The notes: generated by a model from the sequence alone, not told the origin. A DNA stretch of 64,000 nucleotides from Picochlorum sp. SENEW3 (GCA_034226945.1 CP120463.1:806001-870000); one strand, 5' to 3'; shown: positions 36,392 through 48,636, numbered from the stretch's first letter. Translations and numbers: made by a program.

Positions 36392-39300
36392 ATGGACAGT
36401 ACCGTGGACGGGATATTTTTCGGACTGAACCCTCCTCCGACGGAACGGTTCTCCAAAGGACTGAACGTTCATTCTGATGAGAGTATGAAGCGCGCTGTTG
36501 AAGTGCTTCGAGGGTACAGGGAGGCAGCGTACACTGGAAGGCAGCCTCTCAAGGAGAGGGGAGGCAATGGTGTGTCAGGGCAATCTATGGTGCCTTCTGT
36601 AGCCATTGAGCCAAAGAAAACAACGCATGATATGCCCCAGATCACTTTTACTGTAGAGAATAATAATGGCGACAGTCGTCATCAGGAGAAGAGTAATGCC
36701 GGGGAAAAGCCTGTCCCATCTTCTGTTGGGTTTGGGACACATGTGTATGCATCACATGGTTCTCATGCTCGGAAATATGCGCCACCTGTGATTCAAGAAG
36801 TCGAAAAGGCAAGCTCTAGTTCCCGGATACCGCATCACGTGTGCTGTCATCAAGTTCCGTATGATTTGTGCTTGCATAGGAAGACGCACCTCCATGGTAT
36901 ATCTGCTGAACTGGATGCCATCTGTGAGGTGATGGTTGAATCGAATGGCTCAGAATTGAGAGAACTGCAGAAAGAATGCAAAAGGCTGTTAGAGATTAAG
37001 AATGCCCTCAAGGAAACGTGTGCTTTATCTCAGCAGAAGTTATCAGTCACTCCCCAGCAGGTGGAGGCAGAAAGGCATGCCCAAGCATGGCAAACGCCTC
37101 ATGACCAGTATCAGCAGCAGCATCCATCAAGGGAGGACATGTATGCAGTGAGCAATGCTCAGCCAGAAAATGTGTGCACGCATTACGGGTCGGTGGATGT
37201 GAGAGAAGAGGCCCCTGTGCAGGAGCCTTTGCAGATTGATCGACAGGCGTTGCACAAGGTAGAGGCTGATAGAATTGATGCCAGTCATGACCCGTCGTGG
37301 AAGCAGAGTAATTTTCCATGGAGTGAGAGCATGCAGCGAGAAAACGTCGAACTGTTCGGTAATACATCATTCAGGCTGCACCAGCATGCTGTTATTAATG
37401 CAACAATGGCTGGCAGGGATGTCTTTGTTCTGATGCCAACAGGAGGTGGCAAGAGTCTGTGCTACCAGTTACCAGCAGTGCTATCCCAGGGGGTAACAAT
37501 CGTCATTACGCCACTGGTATCACTCATTCAAGACCAAGTGTTCCACCTGACAAACCTGGGAATCTCTGCAAAGCTGTTGGCTTCGTATGAGAGAGGCCAT
37601 GATGCTGGTGATACCATGCGTGAGGTTCTTCGTGGGGCTGTCAAGGTATTATTTTTGACACCAGAAAAGCTCGAACAATCGGCTGGAACACGTTCCATGC
37701 TCGAAAAGCTCCACAGTGAACAGCGTCTGGCTCGAGTGGTTGTTGATGAGGCGCATTGTGTTTCACAGTGGGGACACGGTATGTTTTCAAACATGTATTT
37801 TTCTGCAGTAGTGCTCTTAAACTGACTTGACATATATTTTTCTCATGCAGACTTTAGACCAAGCTATACCAAGCTGTCATATTTTAAAACCAACTTTCCA
37901 AATGTTCCCATCCTTGCTCTTACTGCAACAGCAACAGCTCGGGTGCAGCATGATGTGGTCGCTCAGCTTGGTCTTCGTTCGTGTCTTCTCTTCCGTTCAT
38001 CATTCAATAGATCTAATTTGAGATATGAAGTTCGGAAAAAACCAAAAGGTGTCAAAACTGTGGAAGAAATGGGGGACATGCTCTTGTCTAAATTCTCCAC
38101 AAAGCTGGGTACCAAGAGAAAGCTGCAGTGTGGAATTATTTATTGTGCCACCATTAAAAAATGCGAGGATGTAGCAGAAAAACTGGAAAATTTTCTTCAA
38201 AGTAGGCTCGGCAGAGGTGATGGCAGGAAAAGAGTGAAGCACTATCATGGAAAATTGTCATCAGAGGAGCGCGAGCAGGTACAGAGTGAATGGACTAATG
38301 GTGACGTACCAGTGATTGTTGCGACTCTAGCGTTTGGAATGGGTATTAACAAAGCTGATGTTAGGTTTGTGATTCATTTCTGTGTTCCTAAATCCCTCGA
38401 GGGCTACCTTCAGGAGAGTGGCAGAGCTGGTAGAGATGGATTGACAGCTCATTGCATTGTTTACTATTCAAGGGCTGATGTGCTCACGCACAAGTTCATG
38501 ATTGATAAGAGTAGAGAGGAGGCAAAGTCTAATTTTGGTGGGAGCTCGTCGTATGAGACGCAATATATGAATAACATCGAGTCCCTCAATGCCATGTCTG
38601 CATATTGTGAGGAGATGTGCACCTGTCGCAGAAGCATGTTACTGCAACATTTCGGTGAGGATTTTGATGTGAAAGAATGCAGAGGTTCATGTGACAATTG
38701 CAGGATGAATCAAAAAAGTCAAGTTGTCCAGCAGGATGTCACGAAGGCAGCTCTCTTGCTGATTGAGGTGGTGAGATCAAGCAGCAACTCTCTGTCCATG
38801 TCACTACTGACAGCAGTGTTCAGGGGTGCCTCAACAGCGGCCGTAAAAAGCAGAGGACTTCATCAGAATCCGAACTTCGGTGTCGGCAAATCATTGAAAA
38901 TTCCCATTGCGAAGGTAGAGTCAATAGTGAGGAAGCTGATCAACATGGTATGTGATGGAATCAAAACTAACTCAATGCTCAAAACTATGTCACATTCACT
39001 TGATTTTCCAGGGAATTTTATTTGAAAAAACTATTAAACCAGCGGATTATATGGCAATTACTGCTGTTTTGACGGTGAATGAAACTAAAGCTGGATCACT
39101 GCAGTCTGGTGCTGCCAAGGTTCATCTCTCTGAGAGGCTGACACATAAATCCAGTGCTACAGGCGAACCGAAGCAACTCCATAATCAAATCAAAGATACA
39201 GAAGATTTAAATGCTGAGAGTTCTAGGCCCAAGAAGAGAAAAATTGCAAACAAGCAAGCAGCTCAGAAGAAAAATGCTGGATGCGTCAACCTTGTCAGCG

Positions 39301-39842
39301 ATGACGAGATTGAGGATCCAAAGGTGCAAGTGGATGAAGAAGATGGTGAGCCTGGTCCACGTGAGCAATTGATGCTCATTATGCTACCACAATTAAATAA
39401 CGCGATCCGTGAAAGACTGGATGCCAAAAGGGCAGTTTTCAATACATTGGTGCAGAGCAAGTTGTCCAAACAGGTCCCCAGTTCTATGGAGGAGCTTGAA
39501 AAACTCAGAGTGTCAGGTGTAAGCGCGCATATGAAACAAAAGTATGGCAAGTATTTGGTGGAGGCGGTCCTTCAAGTGGACGCATATCTAAGCAAGATTG
39601 ACCAGGACGCTTGCCCTCTGGACTCCTTCAAGCTGGATATTGATGCACTATTTGGGCCTCGGATTATGACTGCCAATCAAATCCCACTAACACAATCGAC
39701 TCCGGCTCAAATGAATCAATTAGACTGGGGAGACAGCGACGATGATTGGGAGATAATGCCTTCAGAGAATCAGGATGTGCCAGAGCAAGGCCAAGACTTA
39801 GCTGAGCATAGTGACTATGGGTGGAGGCACGTTGTCAGATAA
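36392..39842 (+). CDS. RECQ: RecQ-family DNA helicase (BLM/RECQ4-like), 3 exons
   Basis: MPTGGGKSLCYQLP, DEAHCVSQWGH|DFRP (intron 37779-37850), ATLAFGMGINKADVRFVIH, QESGRAGRDG, Zn-binding CRR...HFGE...CRGSCDNC, winged helix and HRDC-like C-terminus. Second intron at ~38948-39011. Confidence 0.9.
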
Positions 39843-39937
39843 TTTTCGTATAAATTTATCTGACATTGCGTTACAATGTGTATATAAATTATTTAAGATT
39901 ATGTTGATCATTTCTGAGCGCTCGATGAACGCATATA

Positions 39938-42900
39938 TTATCGGTTTCTCCTTTTGACTTTGACCCTTCTTCTGCCCTCTGATTGAGAATTTCCAGATGA
40001 TCCCACACTGAATCCCCCAGCAGTAGGAGCGCTGCCCCCAAAAGGATTGTCGCCGTTTGGAATCATTTGACTTGGTCCGGATGGTGGAGCAAATGGCCTT
40101 GGTGCAGTAAAGCCCTCACCGAATCCTGTAGCCTGTTGTGGGGCTCCAAATTGGGCCGCACCCTGCCCAAAAGCACCAAAAGCACCTGCTCCGGGTCCTG
40201 CATTCGATTGCTGAGCAGCAGGAGCGCCAAATGCTGCTGCTGAGCTATTTGCACCAAATGGAGCATTGCTAGCTTGTGGAGCACCAAAGCCCCCGGAGTT
40301 TCCAAAACCTCCAGTGTTTCCAAAACCTCCAGAGCTGCCGAAACCTCCAGTGTTGCCAAAACCTCCAGAGCTGCCGAAACCTCCAGTGTTGCCAAAACCT
40401 CCAGAGCTGCCAAACCCTCCTGCGTTGCCAAATCCACCGCTTGTTTGCTGCGAGCTGTCCATGGTCATTGCAGATCCAGTGGAGCCTCCAAATGCTGTGC
40501 CAGTACTGGGCTGGTTGAGATTTGCTGGTCCTCCAAAAGAGAATCCAGTCGTAGCTGCTTCAGATTGAGGGTTTTGTCCCTTGGCTACCAAGGCGTCTGC
40601 AGCCTGAGAAGCTGCTGACCCAAACATAGCTTGGCCAGATGAAGGTTGGGTGACAGTTGCTCCGAAAGCAAATGGAGCTGCTGAGGGAGCACTGTTAGCA
40701 GATCCAAAGGTGAATTTACTTGGCGAGGAGAAGCCTTGGCCTCCAGTAGGTGCTTCCTCTGGTTTCTTGTCATTTGATGCTCCAAAGGCAAACTTGTTGT
40801 TCTCGCCTGCTGATCCACTCCCAGATGCTGCAGCTGATTTGCCAAATTGAAAGGTAGGTGCAGGAACAACCCCTGTATCAACCTGTTTCCCTTGTTTAAG
40901 CGAAGGGGCACCACTTGGGGCTACACCAACAACATCACCAGAAGGCTTTGCTTCCTCCACTTTAGGGGCACCAAATGTGAAGGCAGGGGTAGGTGGTTTT
41001 GCAGCCTGATCTCCATCTGCTTTCTTGGCCTCTTCTTCTACAGCAGCAGTCGCCTTGGCTGCAGTTGTAGCATTCTTCTGCAAAAAGTCAGAGCCCCAGC
41101 CACTCGCTGGTGCCGTGGTCGCTGCAGTACCGGCATCACCAGAAGGCTTTGCTTCCTCCACTTTAGGGGCACCAAATGTGAAGGCAGGGGTAGGTGGCTT
41201 TGCAGCCTGATCTCCATCTGCTTTTTTGGCCTCTTCTTCTACAGCAGCAGTCGCCTTGGCTGCAGTTGTAACATTTTTCTGCAAAAAGTCAGAGCCCCAG
41301 CCACTCGCTGGTGCCGTGGTCGCTGCAGTACCGGCATCACCAGAAGGCTTTGCTTCCTCCACTTTAGGGGCAACAAACGAGAAGGCAGGGGTAGGTGGCT
41401 TTGCAGCCTGATCTCCATCTGCTTTCTTGGCCTCTTCTTCTACAGCAGCAGTCGCCTTGGCTGCAGTTGTAACATTTTTCTGCAAAAAGTCAGAGCCCCA
41501 GCCACTCGCTGGTGCCGTGGTCGCTGCAGTGCCGGCATCACCAGAAGGCTTTGCTTCCTCCACTTTAGGGGCAACAAATGTGAAGGCAGGGGTAGGTGGC
41601 TTTGCAGCCTGATCTCCGTCTGCTTTCTTGGCCTCTTCTTCTACAGCAGCAGTCGCCTTGGCTGCAGTTGTAACATTTTTCTGCAAAAAGTCAGAGCCCC
41701 AGCCACTCGCTGGTGCCGTGGTCGCTGCAGTACCGGCATCACCAGAAGGCTTTGCTTCCTCCACTTTAGGGGCAACAAATGTGAAGGCAGGGGTAGGTGG
41801 CTTTGCAGCCTGATCTCCGTCTGCTTTCTTGGTCTCTTCTTCTACAGCAGCAGTCGCCTTGGCTGCAGTTGTAACATTTTTCTGCAAAAAGTCAGAGCCC
41901 CAGCCACTCGCTGGTGCCGTGGTCGCTGCAGTGCCGGCATCACCAGAAGGCTTTGCTTCCTCAACTTTAGGAGTACCAAACGTGAAGACAGGAGTGGATG
42001 GCTTCCCTACATCTGGAGTCTGTGTTTTAGTGAACGAAGATCCAAACGCACCAGGCTTCACCGAAGGGGCGCTAGCCTCAGTGCCTGGTGTAGGCGCACT
42101 GAAATCAAACAAGGATTTCGGCTCCGGTTTAAGAGAGGCCTTTTCAGATCCGTCACCACCTTTCGCCTGCAAAAGCGCATCACATCGATAGTGAGTAGAT
42201 TCAGTAATAAAGTAAATTGTGAAAGGCTGTTCACAGAAACATACCTTGACTCTGTCCTGTCCAAATTTGAATTGCGATCCATCAGTTGAGGATGGCAGTA
42301 CATCCTTGACTACCTCTGATACCTTCTCCCTCAATACACTTTTTTGCTTGCCAAACGTATATACGTCTGATGCACCTTCAGCTACCTTGGATGGTGCATT
42401 GAATAATGGATTATTTGATGTTGTGTTGATGTTTGCTTGGCCAAAACCATATGATGCAACAGGTACCTCCTTCACAGGAGCCTCCGTCTCCATTGAAGGC
42501 ACAGTCGATCCTTCTCCTCCAAATGTGACCTTTCCTATATCCCCTACTTTCCGCTTCACTTTCTTCCTCTGTACCTCTTCCTTGCCAGATGGTGGACTCG
42601 ATCTTCCCAATGGAGACTGTTTGACCTCCGGAGTTTTCTTTGCCTGTTGCCCAAAATCTGCAGGCTTTGATGTGTCCTTTCCAGCCGTCGAAGGCTTCAC
42701 TGCGTCTGGTTGAGGCATCAATCCACCGAGGGATGAACCAGGAGGTGGAGATGGTGCAACACCCATTGTATATTTCTGGGCATCAACAGGTGACACAGAT
42801 TCCCTCGATTTACGTATAGTTTCTTCCATAGAATCAAGTGTTTCTAAAATTCTCCTAGCAGTTTCTGAGGTGGGTTTTGGTGATTCACTATCTGACACTC

Positions 42901-44257
42901 TCTTTGCTGGAACACCTGGCGTCAGTGCCGACGGAGTTGTTTGACCATCCACACGCCTCTTGTAATGTGACATATGCTGGTAAGGAGTCCTCCCTGCCCT
43001 CCAGCTTCTTCTTCCAGCAGTAGAAGGGTCTTCATTTGGTTTAAACCTCCGCCGCCGTTGCACATCCAGCACACTCACACTTCCATCATCATAACTAGGT
43101 GTCATTCCATGGACATCGTCAGCCCTTCGCTTCCGTGACTCTGGTGCAAACCGTGTGCTACTTCCAACCTGAAACCGTCTTGCTGCTGAATTCGGTATGA
43201 CTGGAGTAGACCTGAGCGGGGTCCATGCCAATGGCGACTCCTTTGCCACAGAGGATTCCTTCACCATGGAACCTCGCATGGCACCAAATACCATTGGTTT
43301 CTGACGCTCATTTTTTTCTGCAGGCGTACTCTTTTGCAACTGACTCTGAGTAGCATGAAATGTGAATTCCTTCTTCACTTGACTAGGAGGCAATGGCGGG
43401 ATCCCATTCCCAAACAACTGTTTCCCACGCCCAGCCAAGCGGCTTACTCCCGGTGTTCCATTCATATCAACTAATCCTTTCTTCTGCGTAAGACGGCTAC
43501 TCATAGGAGTTGAAGACGTGTCGCCTCTCGTTGCCTTTTGCCTAGATTTTGGCGATGGAAATCTCAGCGGAGTACCCCCTCTCGCAAGAGGCCCTTCCTT
43601 CAACATACCCAGCACTCCATCGTACGGAGTATTCCCAACATGAGGACTGCTATTCTTCCCATCCTCCCTATCTAGCTGTTGAACCACAGGTGTTTTCGCA
43701 TCCTCACCCATCTCTCCTTGTGCCCCTGGCGTTTTCTTCTCCTCTTCCTCCTCCTCCTCCAACACCACCACCGCAGCAGCTTCCTCTTCCTCATGCTCTT
43801 CGGTATCATACACATTCATAGCATCGTCTTGATCCTCCCCAGCGCCCTGATCCACCGCCTGCTGTGAATCATGGCTCTGCCCCAATTTCCCGCCAACAAT
43901 GCTCCACGCAGCCCGCAGAGGCGTCGTCGCAGCAGCCAGCATACTCCCCAAAAATCCACTCGATTCACTCATTCGTCTACCCACACCTGCTCCGTCCTGC
44001 GTCGTCTGACCTGCCATGTTCCTTTGCACCCCATCCATTCCCCGCCGACGCGCACCGTACGGGGCTCCCTCCGCCCGTGCTTTAATTGCATCCAATTTAT
44101 TCCGTCTCTCCTCATCCATGCCGACCACGCGAGGCGCCTTCCCGTCCTCCATGGTATTCAAGTGTCTCCTTTCTTCCCCAGGCAGTCCTTCCTCCTCTTC
44201 CTGCTCACGCACAGATATTCTCATCCTCTGAGCGTATAGTAAACATATGAAATACAT
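39938..44257 (-). CDS. Nuclear-basket FG-repeat nucleoporin, Nup153/Nup1(NUP136)-like
   Basis: Amphipathic helix GFLGSMLAAATTPLRAAWSIVG, TSETARRILETLDSM (Nup153-like motif), many FxFG and GGFG repeats, basic C-terminus GRRRVKVKRRNR. Probable in-frame intron at ~42167-42244. True start may be 44152. Confidence 0.78.
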   Translation of the reverse strand: MYFICLLYAQRMRISVREQEEEEGLPGEERRHLNTMEDGKAPRVVGMDEERRNKLDAIKARAEGAPYGARRRGMDGVQRNMAGQTTQDGAGVGRRMSESSGFLGSMLAAATTPLRAAWSIVGGKLGQSHDSQQAVDQGAGEDQDDAMNVYDTEEHEEEEAAAVVVLEEEEEEEKKTPGAQGEMGEDAKTPVVQQLDREDGKNSSPHVGNTPYDGVLGMLKEGPLARGGTPLRFPSPKSRQKATRGDTSSTPMSSRLTQKKGLVDMNGTPGVSRLAGRGKQLFGNGIPPLPPSQVKKEFTFHATQSQLQKSTPAEKNERQKPMVFGAMRGSMVKESSVAKESPLAWTPLRSTPVIPNSAARRFQVGSSTRFAPESRKRRADDVHGMTPSYDDGSVSVLDVQRRRRFKPNEDPSTAGRRSWRAGRTPYQHMSHYKRRVDGQTTPSALTPGVPAKRVSDSESPKPTSETARRILETLDSMEETIRKSRESVSPVDAQKYTMGVAPSPPPGSSLGGLMPQPDAVKPSTAGKDTSKPADFGQQAKKTPEVKQSPLGRSSPPSGKEEVQRKKVKRKVGDIGKVTFGGEGSTVPSMETEAPVKEVPVASYGFGQANINTTSNNPLFNAPSKVAEGASDVYTFGKQKSVLREKVSEVVKDVLPSSTDGSQFKFGQDRVKVCFCEQPFTIYFITESTHYRCDALLQAKGGDGSEKASLKPEPKSLFDFSAPTPGTEASAPSVKPGAFGSSFTKTQTPDVGKPSTPVFTFGTPKVEEAKPSGDAGTAATTAPASGWGSDFLQKNVTTAAKATAAVEEETKKADGDQAAKPPTPAFTFVAPKVEEAKPSGDAGTAATTAPASGWGSDFLQKNVTTAAKATAAVEEEAKKADGDQAAKPPTPAFTFVAPKVEEAKPSGDAGTAATTAPASGWGSDFLQKNVTTAAKATAAVEEEAKKADGDQAAKPPTPAFSFVAPKVEEAKPSGDAGTAATTAPASGWGSDFLQKNVTTAAKATAAVEEEAKKADGDQAAKPPTPAFTFGAPKVEEAKPSGDAGTAATTAPASGWGSDFLQKNATTAAKATAAVEEEAKKADGDQAAKPPTPAFTFGAPKVEEAKPSGDVVGVAPSGAPSLKQGKQVDTGVVPAPTFQFGKSAAASGSGSAGENNKFAFGASNDKKPEEAPTGGQGFSSPSKFTFGSANSAPSAAPFAFGATVTQPSSGQAMFGSAASQAADALVAKGQNPQSEAATTGFSFGGPANLNQPSTGTAFGGSTGSAMTMDSSQQTSGGFGNAGGFGSSGGFGNTGGFGSSGGFGNTGGFGSSGGFGNTGGFGNSGGFGAPQASNAPFGANSSAAAFGAPAAQQSNAGPGAGAFGAFGQGAAQFGAPQQATGFGEGFTAPRPFAPPSGPSQMIPNGDNPFGGSAPTAGGFSVGSSGNSQSEGRRRVKVKRRNR
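40295..40440. repeat. 18/36-bp coding repeat encoding GGFGNT/GGFGSS units
   Basis: Repeated ccaaaacctccagagctgccgaaacctccagtgttg. Confidence 0.85.
40933..41990. repeat. Coding tandem repeat, 201-bp (67-aa) unit, 5 full copies plus a partial
   Basis: The unit catcaccagaaggctttgcttcctc... recurs at 40933, 41134, 41335, 41536, 41737 and 41938 with few substitutions. Confidence 0.95.
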
Positions 44258-44562
44258 GGCTCAACAGCCGTTGTGAGACACTCTACCCATCACGGACGCA
44301 GTCGACAGTGAAACAGACATGGGCATTCCCACACAAGCACCCATTCGATGGGACAATTATGGCTGTCCCATCCAAGCCTGCCTACAATGGGACCAAAGAA
44401 CTCCACAGCCAACGCAAGATATAGCGGATAAAGACGATGAATAAACATCCACCCACGCCAACAGATTCACCAGTAATTCTCACTTTTCATTGATAAAGTG
44501 AATAGTACATACAAAACAAGAACGAAGTACAACTGCATTGTACACGTTGCTAGACGATTGCA
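44258..44562. promoter_or_regulatory. Putative bidirectional promoter (nucleoporin / ClpC) with clustered ATGGGAC motifs
   Basis: Divergent genes. ATGGGAC at 44348 and 44387 (+) and 44365-44371 (-); TGGGAATG at 44324-44331 (-). Confidence 0.5.
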
Positions 44563-47522
44563 ATGCACGGCGTGCGAACAGTGGTCGTCGGAGGCCAGGC
44601 TTGGTCTCAACAGCAGAGGCAAACAAAGGCCACAAGGTCTTCCTCTTCAAACAGTAAACAATATGTGCTGACAACGTATGCTGGTTTTGTGTCTCGTGGG
44701 GGTCAGGCTCTGATGGCTCTCGGGAAGCAGCAGCAGAGGGCATCAGCAGTGCTTTCTGGCCGCAGAGGTAGTAGAAGGGCAGGAGCAAGCAACGGAAGAC
44801 GTGTCATGGGAACCAAGATGATGTTTGAGAGGTTTACTGAGAAGGCTATCAAGGTAGTGATGCTTGCCCAGGAAGAGGCCAGAAGACTGGGTCATAACTT
44901 TGTGGGCACGGAACAGATTCTTCTTGGACTTATTGGGGAGTCTACAGGTATGTTGAGTTAAGGAATTCGTGGTGGGAGTGCGGATTCTGCCGAGACTGTG
45001 TTTGACCTATTATTGTTGGAGGATTCGTCTTGGACATATGCGTGGTGGGAATGCGTAGTAGACATGTTCCCATTGGTTGTGGGTGTTGACCGGGGATGGT
45101 GGCCTGGAGGAGACTGATGCGCTGTATGTGGTGTGTAGGTATTGCTGCCAAGGTGTTGAAGTCCATGGGGGTGACTCTGAAGGATGCCCGTGTGGAAGTA
45201 GAGAAGGTGATTGGAAGAGGAAGCGGATTTGTTGCCGTGGAGATTCCATTTACACCTCGTGCCAAGCGTGTGTTGGAGCTGTCGTTGGAGGAGGCCCGTC
45301 AGTTGGGACACAACTACATTGGTACCGAGCATATTCTGTTGGGATTGCTCCGTGAAGGTGAGGGAGTGGCGAGTAGAGTGTTGGAGACGCTCGGGGCCGA
45401 CCCACAGAAGATTAGGACTCAAGTGATTCGCATGGTTGGAGAGTCTCAGGACCCAGTTGGTGCTGCTGCTGGAGGAGGAACGTCTGGATCGAACAAGACA
45501 CCTACATTGGAGGAGTATGGAACAAACCTTACCAAGAGGGCCGAGGAGGGAAGCTTGGATCCAGTGGTGGGGCGAGCAGAGCAGATTGAGCGTGTGACTC
45601 AGATTCTTGGCCGTCGTACCAAGAACAACCCATGCTTGATCGGTGAGCCTGGAGTCGGAAAAACTGCTGTTGCCGAAGGACTTGCTCAGCGCATCGCAAG
45701 TGGGGATGTGCCAGAGACTATCGAAGGCAAGCAGGTGGTCACATTGGATATGGGTCTGCTTGTAGCAGGAACCAAGTACAGAGGAGAGTTTGAGGAAAGA
45801 TTGAAGAAATTGATGGATGAGATCAAGCAGAATGATGATATTATTCTTATGATTGATGAGGTTCACACTCTCATTGGAGCGGGAGCCGCTGAAGGAGCTA
45901 TTGATGCCGCCAATATTCTCAAGCCAGCTCTGGCCAGAGGTGAGCTGCAGTGCATTGGAGCCACCACATTGGATGAGTATCGCAAGCATATTGAGAAGGA
46001 TCCTGCTCTTGAGCGTCGTTTCCAGCCAGTTGTTGTTCCAGAACCAACAGTGGATGAGACCTTCCAGATCATGTTGGGACTCAGAGAGCGCTATGAGACC
46101 CACCACAAGCTCCGTTACACTGATGAAGCCCTCATGGCTGCAGCCAAGTACTCCTCTCAGTACATTTCTGACCGTTTCTTGCCAGATAAGGCTATTGATT
46201 TGATGGATGAGGCTGGATCGAGGGTTAGACTCAGACATGCTCAGCTCCCAGAGGAAGCCAGAGAGTTGGACAAGGAGCTCAGAGCGTTGCTCAAGGAGAA
46301 GGACTCTGCTGTTCGTGCCCAGGACTTTGAAAAGGCTGGATCTCTTCGCGACAGGGAGATGGAACTGAAGGCCCAGATTCAAGCTATCATGTCCTCTGCC
46401 AAGGACTCTGCCAAGGCTGAACTCGAGAGCGGAGAGGCTGGAGGACCTGTGGTCGATGAGGCAGACATTGCAAACATTGTTGCCCAATGGACTGGTATTC
46501 CAATCGAGAAGGTCTCTTCTGATGAGACTGAGCGTTTAGTGAAGATGGAAGAGGTGCTCCATGGTCGTGTTATTGGACAGGAAGAAGCTGTCACAGCCAT
46601 CTCTAGAGCCATTCGTAGAGCACGTGTTGGTTTGAAGAATCCAAACCGTCCAATCGCATCCTTCATCTTCTCTGGACCAACAGGAGTTGGAAAGTCCGAA
46701 TTGGCCAAGACATTAGCATCATACTACTTCGGATCCGAGGAAGCCATGGTTCGCCTCGATATGTCTGAATTCATGGAGCGTCACACTGTGTCCAAGTTGA
46801 TTGGTTCCCCACCAGGATATGTTGGATACAACGAAGGAGGACAGCTCACAGAAGCTGTTCGCAGACGTCCATACACAGTTGTCTTGTTTGATGAGATCGA
46901 GAAGGCTCATCCAGATGTCTTCAATATGATGCTTCAAATTCTTGAGGATGGAAGATTGACAGACTCCAAGGGCCGCGTGGTTGACTTTAAAAACACCCTC
47001 ATCATCCTGACCTCTAATGTCGGTTCATCTGTCATTGAAAAGGGAGGAGGAGGCATTGGCTTCCAGCTCGACGCCAACGAGGAGGACTCTTCCTACAACA
47101 GGATCAAGTCGCTGGTGAATGAAGAGCTCAAGCAGTACTTCAGGCCAGAATTCCTTAATCGTCTTGATGAGATTATTGTCTTCCGCCAGCTCACCAAGCA
47201 AGAAGTCAAGGAGATTGCCGATATCATGCTCAAGAGCGTCTTTGAGCGTGCTGAAGAGAAGGGTATCCGCATCGAAGTCACCGAAAGATTCAAGGACCGC
47301 CTTGTAGACGAGGGTTACAACCCAGCCTATGGTGCCAGACCATTGCGCAGAGCAATCATGAGGTTGATGGAGGATAGCATGGCCGAGGGAATGTTGGCGG
47401 GCGACATTAAGGAAGGAGACTCCGTGATCATGGATGTCGACGCTGATGGACAAATCTCCGTCCTGAATGGAGACAAGAAGATCACCACTGCCATTGACAC
47501 CATGCCAGCAGGAATCTCATAA
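44563..47522 (+). CDS. clpC: Chloroplast Clp protease ATP-binding chaperone ClpC (Hsp93), 2 exons
   Basis: Transit peptide, then [31 protein letters not shown]; intron 44948-45138. Two AAA+ modules, GEPGVGKT and GPTGVGKS, plus a UVR-type middle domain. Confidence 0.96.
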
Positions 47523-47901
47523 ATGCCATGGCAGCCACTGCTCATTTCATGAATACATGTACAAACGTTTGTAGAGATAGATGCTGCTATGTATTATAGT
47601 TTCTGAGCTCTCTACAACATTTTTTTCATTACATACACCAACTGATGTAACACCCAAACCAAAGATCTTCACAGAAGAAGAAGAAGAAGAAGTCTTTTTT
47701 TCTTCAAAATGCCGAATCAAGGAATCGTGTCGCGTGTATTCCTTGACCGAACCACTTCTCCGCACCGTATATCCATTTTATTCTTGTTAAGATATACATC
47801 AAGTATTATTATTCTTATTGCGAGTGTAGTCAGAGAACTGAAGAAGATTGCCGGATAGCATTTGAAGAATCTCGAGACGACAACGGACACGTGCCCGAAC
47901 C

Positions 47902-48555
47902 ATGACTGGGTTTGGCCACAGCCAATGCACACAGTTGGCAAAAACACAACCATATTATTACCATGGTCAATCTAGGATATCTTTACGGACCCGTCCGAGA
48001 CAGAACAACGCCATTGTTGTTCCGAGAAGAAGGCGTCACGTTCACGTGACCCGAGCTGTGGTTATTCAGTCCACAGCAGTCGCTGCTCGATTAGCACATA
48101 GATTTGCCATTCAGTATGCTTTGCCAGGGAGGTTGCTCCTGACCTCGGCATCGAGGATGGCGGGACTGCGGGTTGCTGTCTTGGGCTTGTCTGTGTATGG
48201 GGCTTTGTTGACAACCTGGGCGATACTAGGAAACAAATTCGGTTGGACAGACCGTGTCTCCCGTGCCATGGAAGATAGAAATAAAGTAGAGGAGAAAATT
48301 CATGATTTGGAGTCTGGACAAGAGAAGGAGAGGATGCTCCGCTTGGTGTTGGCACATACAAAACAGGCACTGAGCAGCATTGACGATGACGATAGTGACA
48401 TGTCGAGTGATGTGGGACAGGTTCTTGTATCAACAGATGATAGCAGAAAACCGTGCCCAATATGCGGAGGGACGGGGAAGATCAGTTACGAAGCAAAGTT
48501 TGTCCACAAGGATGATCCCTGCCCTCGATGTCTCGGCAGGGGTACTTTGGAATGA
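47902..48555 (+). CDS. DnaJ-like zinc-finger (CxxCxGxG) membrane protein, probably plastidial
   Basis: Arg-rich transit-like N-terminus, one hydrophobic helix (VAVLGLSVYGALLTTWAIL), C-terminal CPICGGTG...CPRCLGRG. Confidence 0.65.
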   Translation: MTGFGHSQCTQLAKTQPYYYHGQSRISLRTRPRQNNAIVVPRRRRHVHVTRAVVIQSTAVAARLAHRFAIQYALPGRLLLTSASRMAGLRVAVLGLSVYGALLTTWAILGNKFGWTDRVSRAMEDRNKVEEKIHDLESGQEKERMLRLVLAHTKQALSSIDDDDSDMSSDVGQVLVSTDDSRKPCPICGGTGKISYEAKFVHKDDPCPRCLGRGTLE

Positions 48556-48636
48556 GGTGGGACCAGCAGTGTTGTATTATTTATCGTATCATTCTTTCAT
48601 ATAAGATTTGTTTCATTTCTGGAACAGCAGTAATCA

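Noticed and set aside
40933..41990. Possible CRISPR-like array
   Set aside because: Units are contiguous with no unique spacers, lie in frame in a eukaryotic CDS, and there are no cas genes.
40847..42289. 480-aa Cys/Arg-rich repetitive + strand ORF and the four 61-aa ORFs
   Set aside because: Antisense read-outs of the nucleoporin 201-bp repeat. Stop-free because one stop-free unit is repeated.
44958..46487. 509-aa antisense ORF over ClpC
   Set aside because: Mirror frame of a highly expressed, codon-biased gene. No recognisable motifs.
47673..47692. (GAA)n tract, and (AT)n at ~6553-6565
   Set aside because: Ordinary short microsatellites with no further structure.
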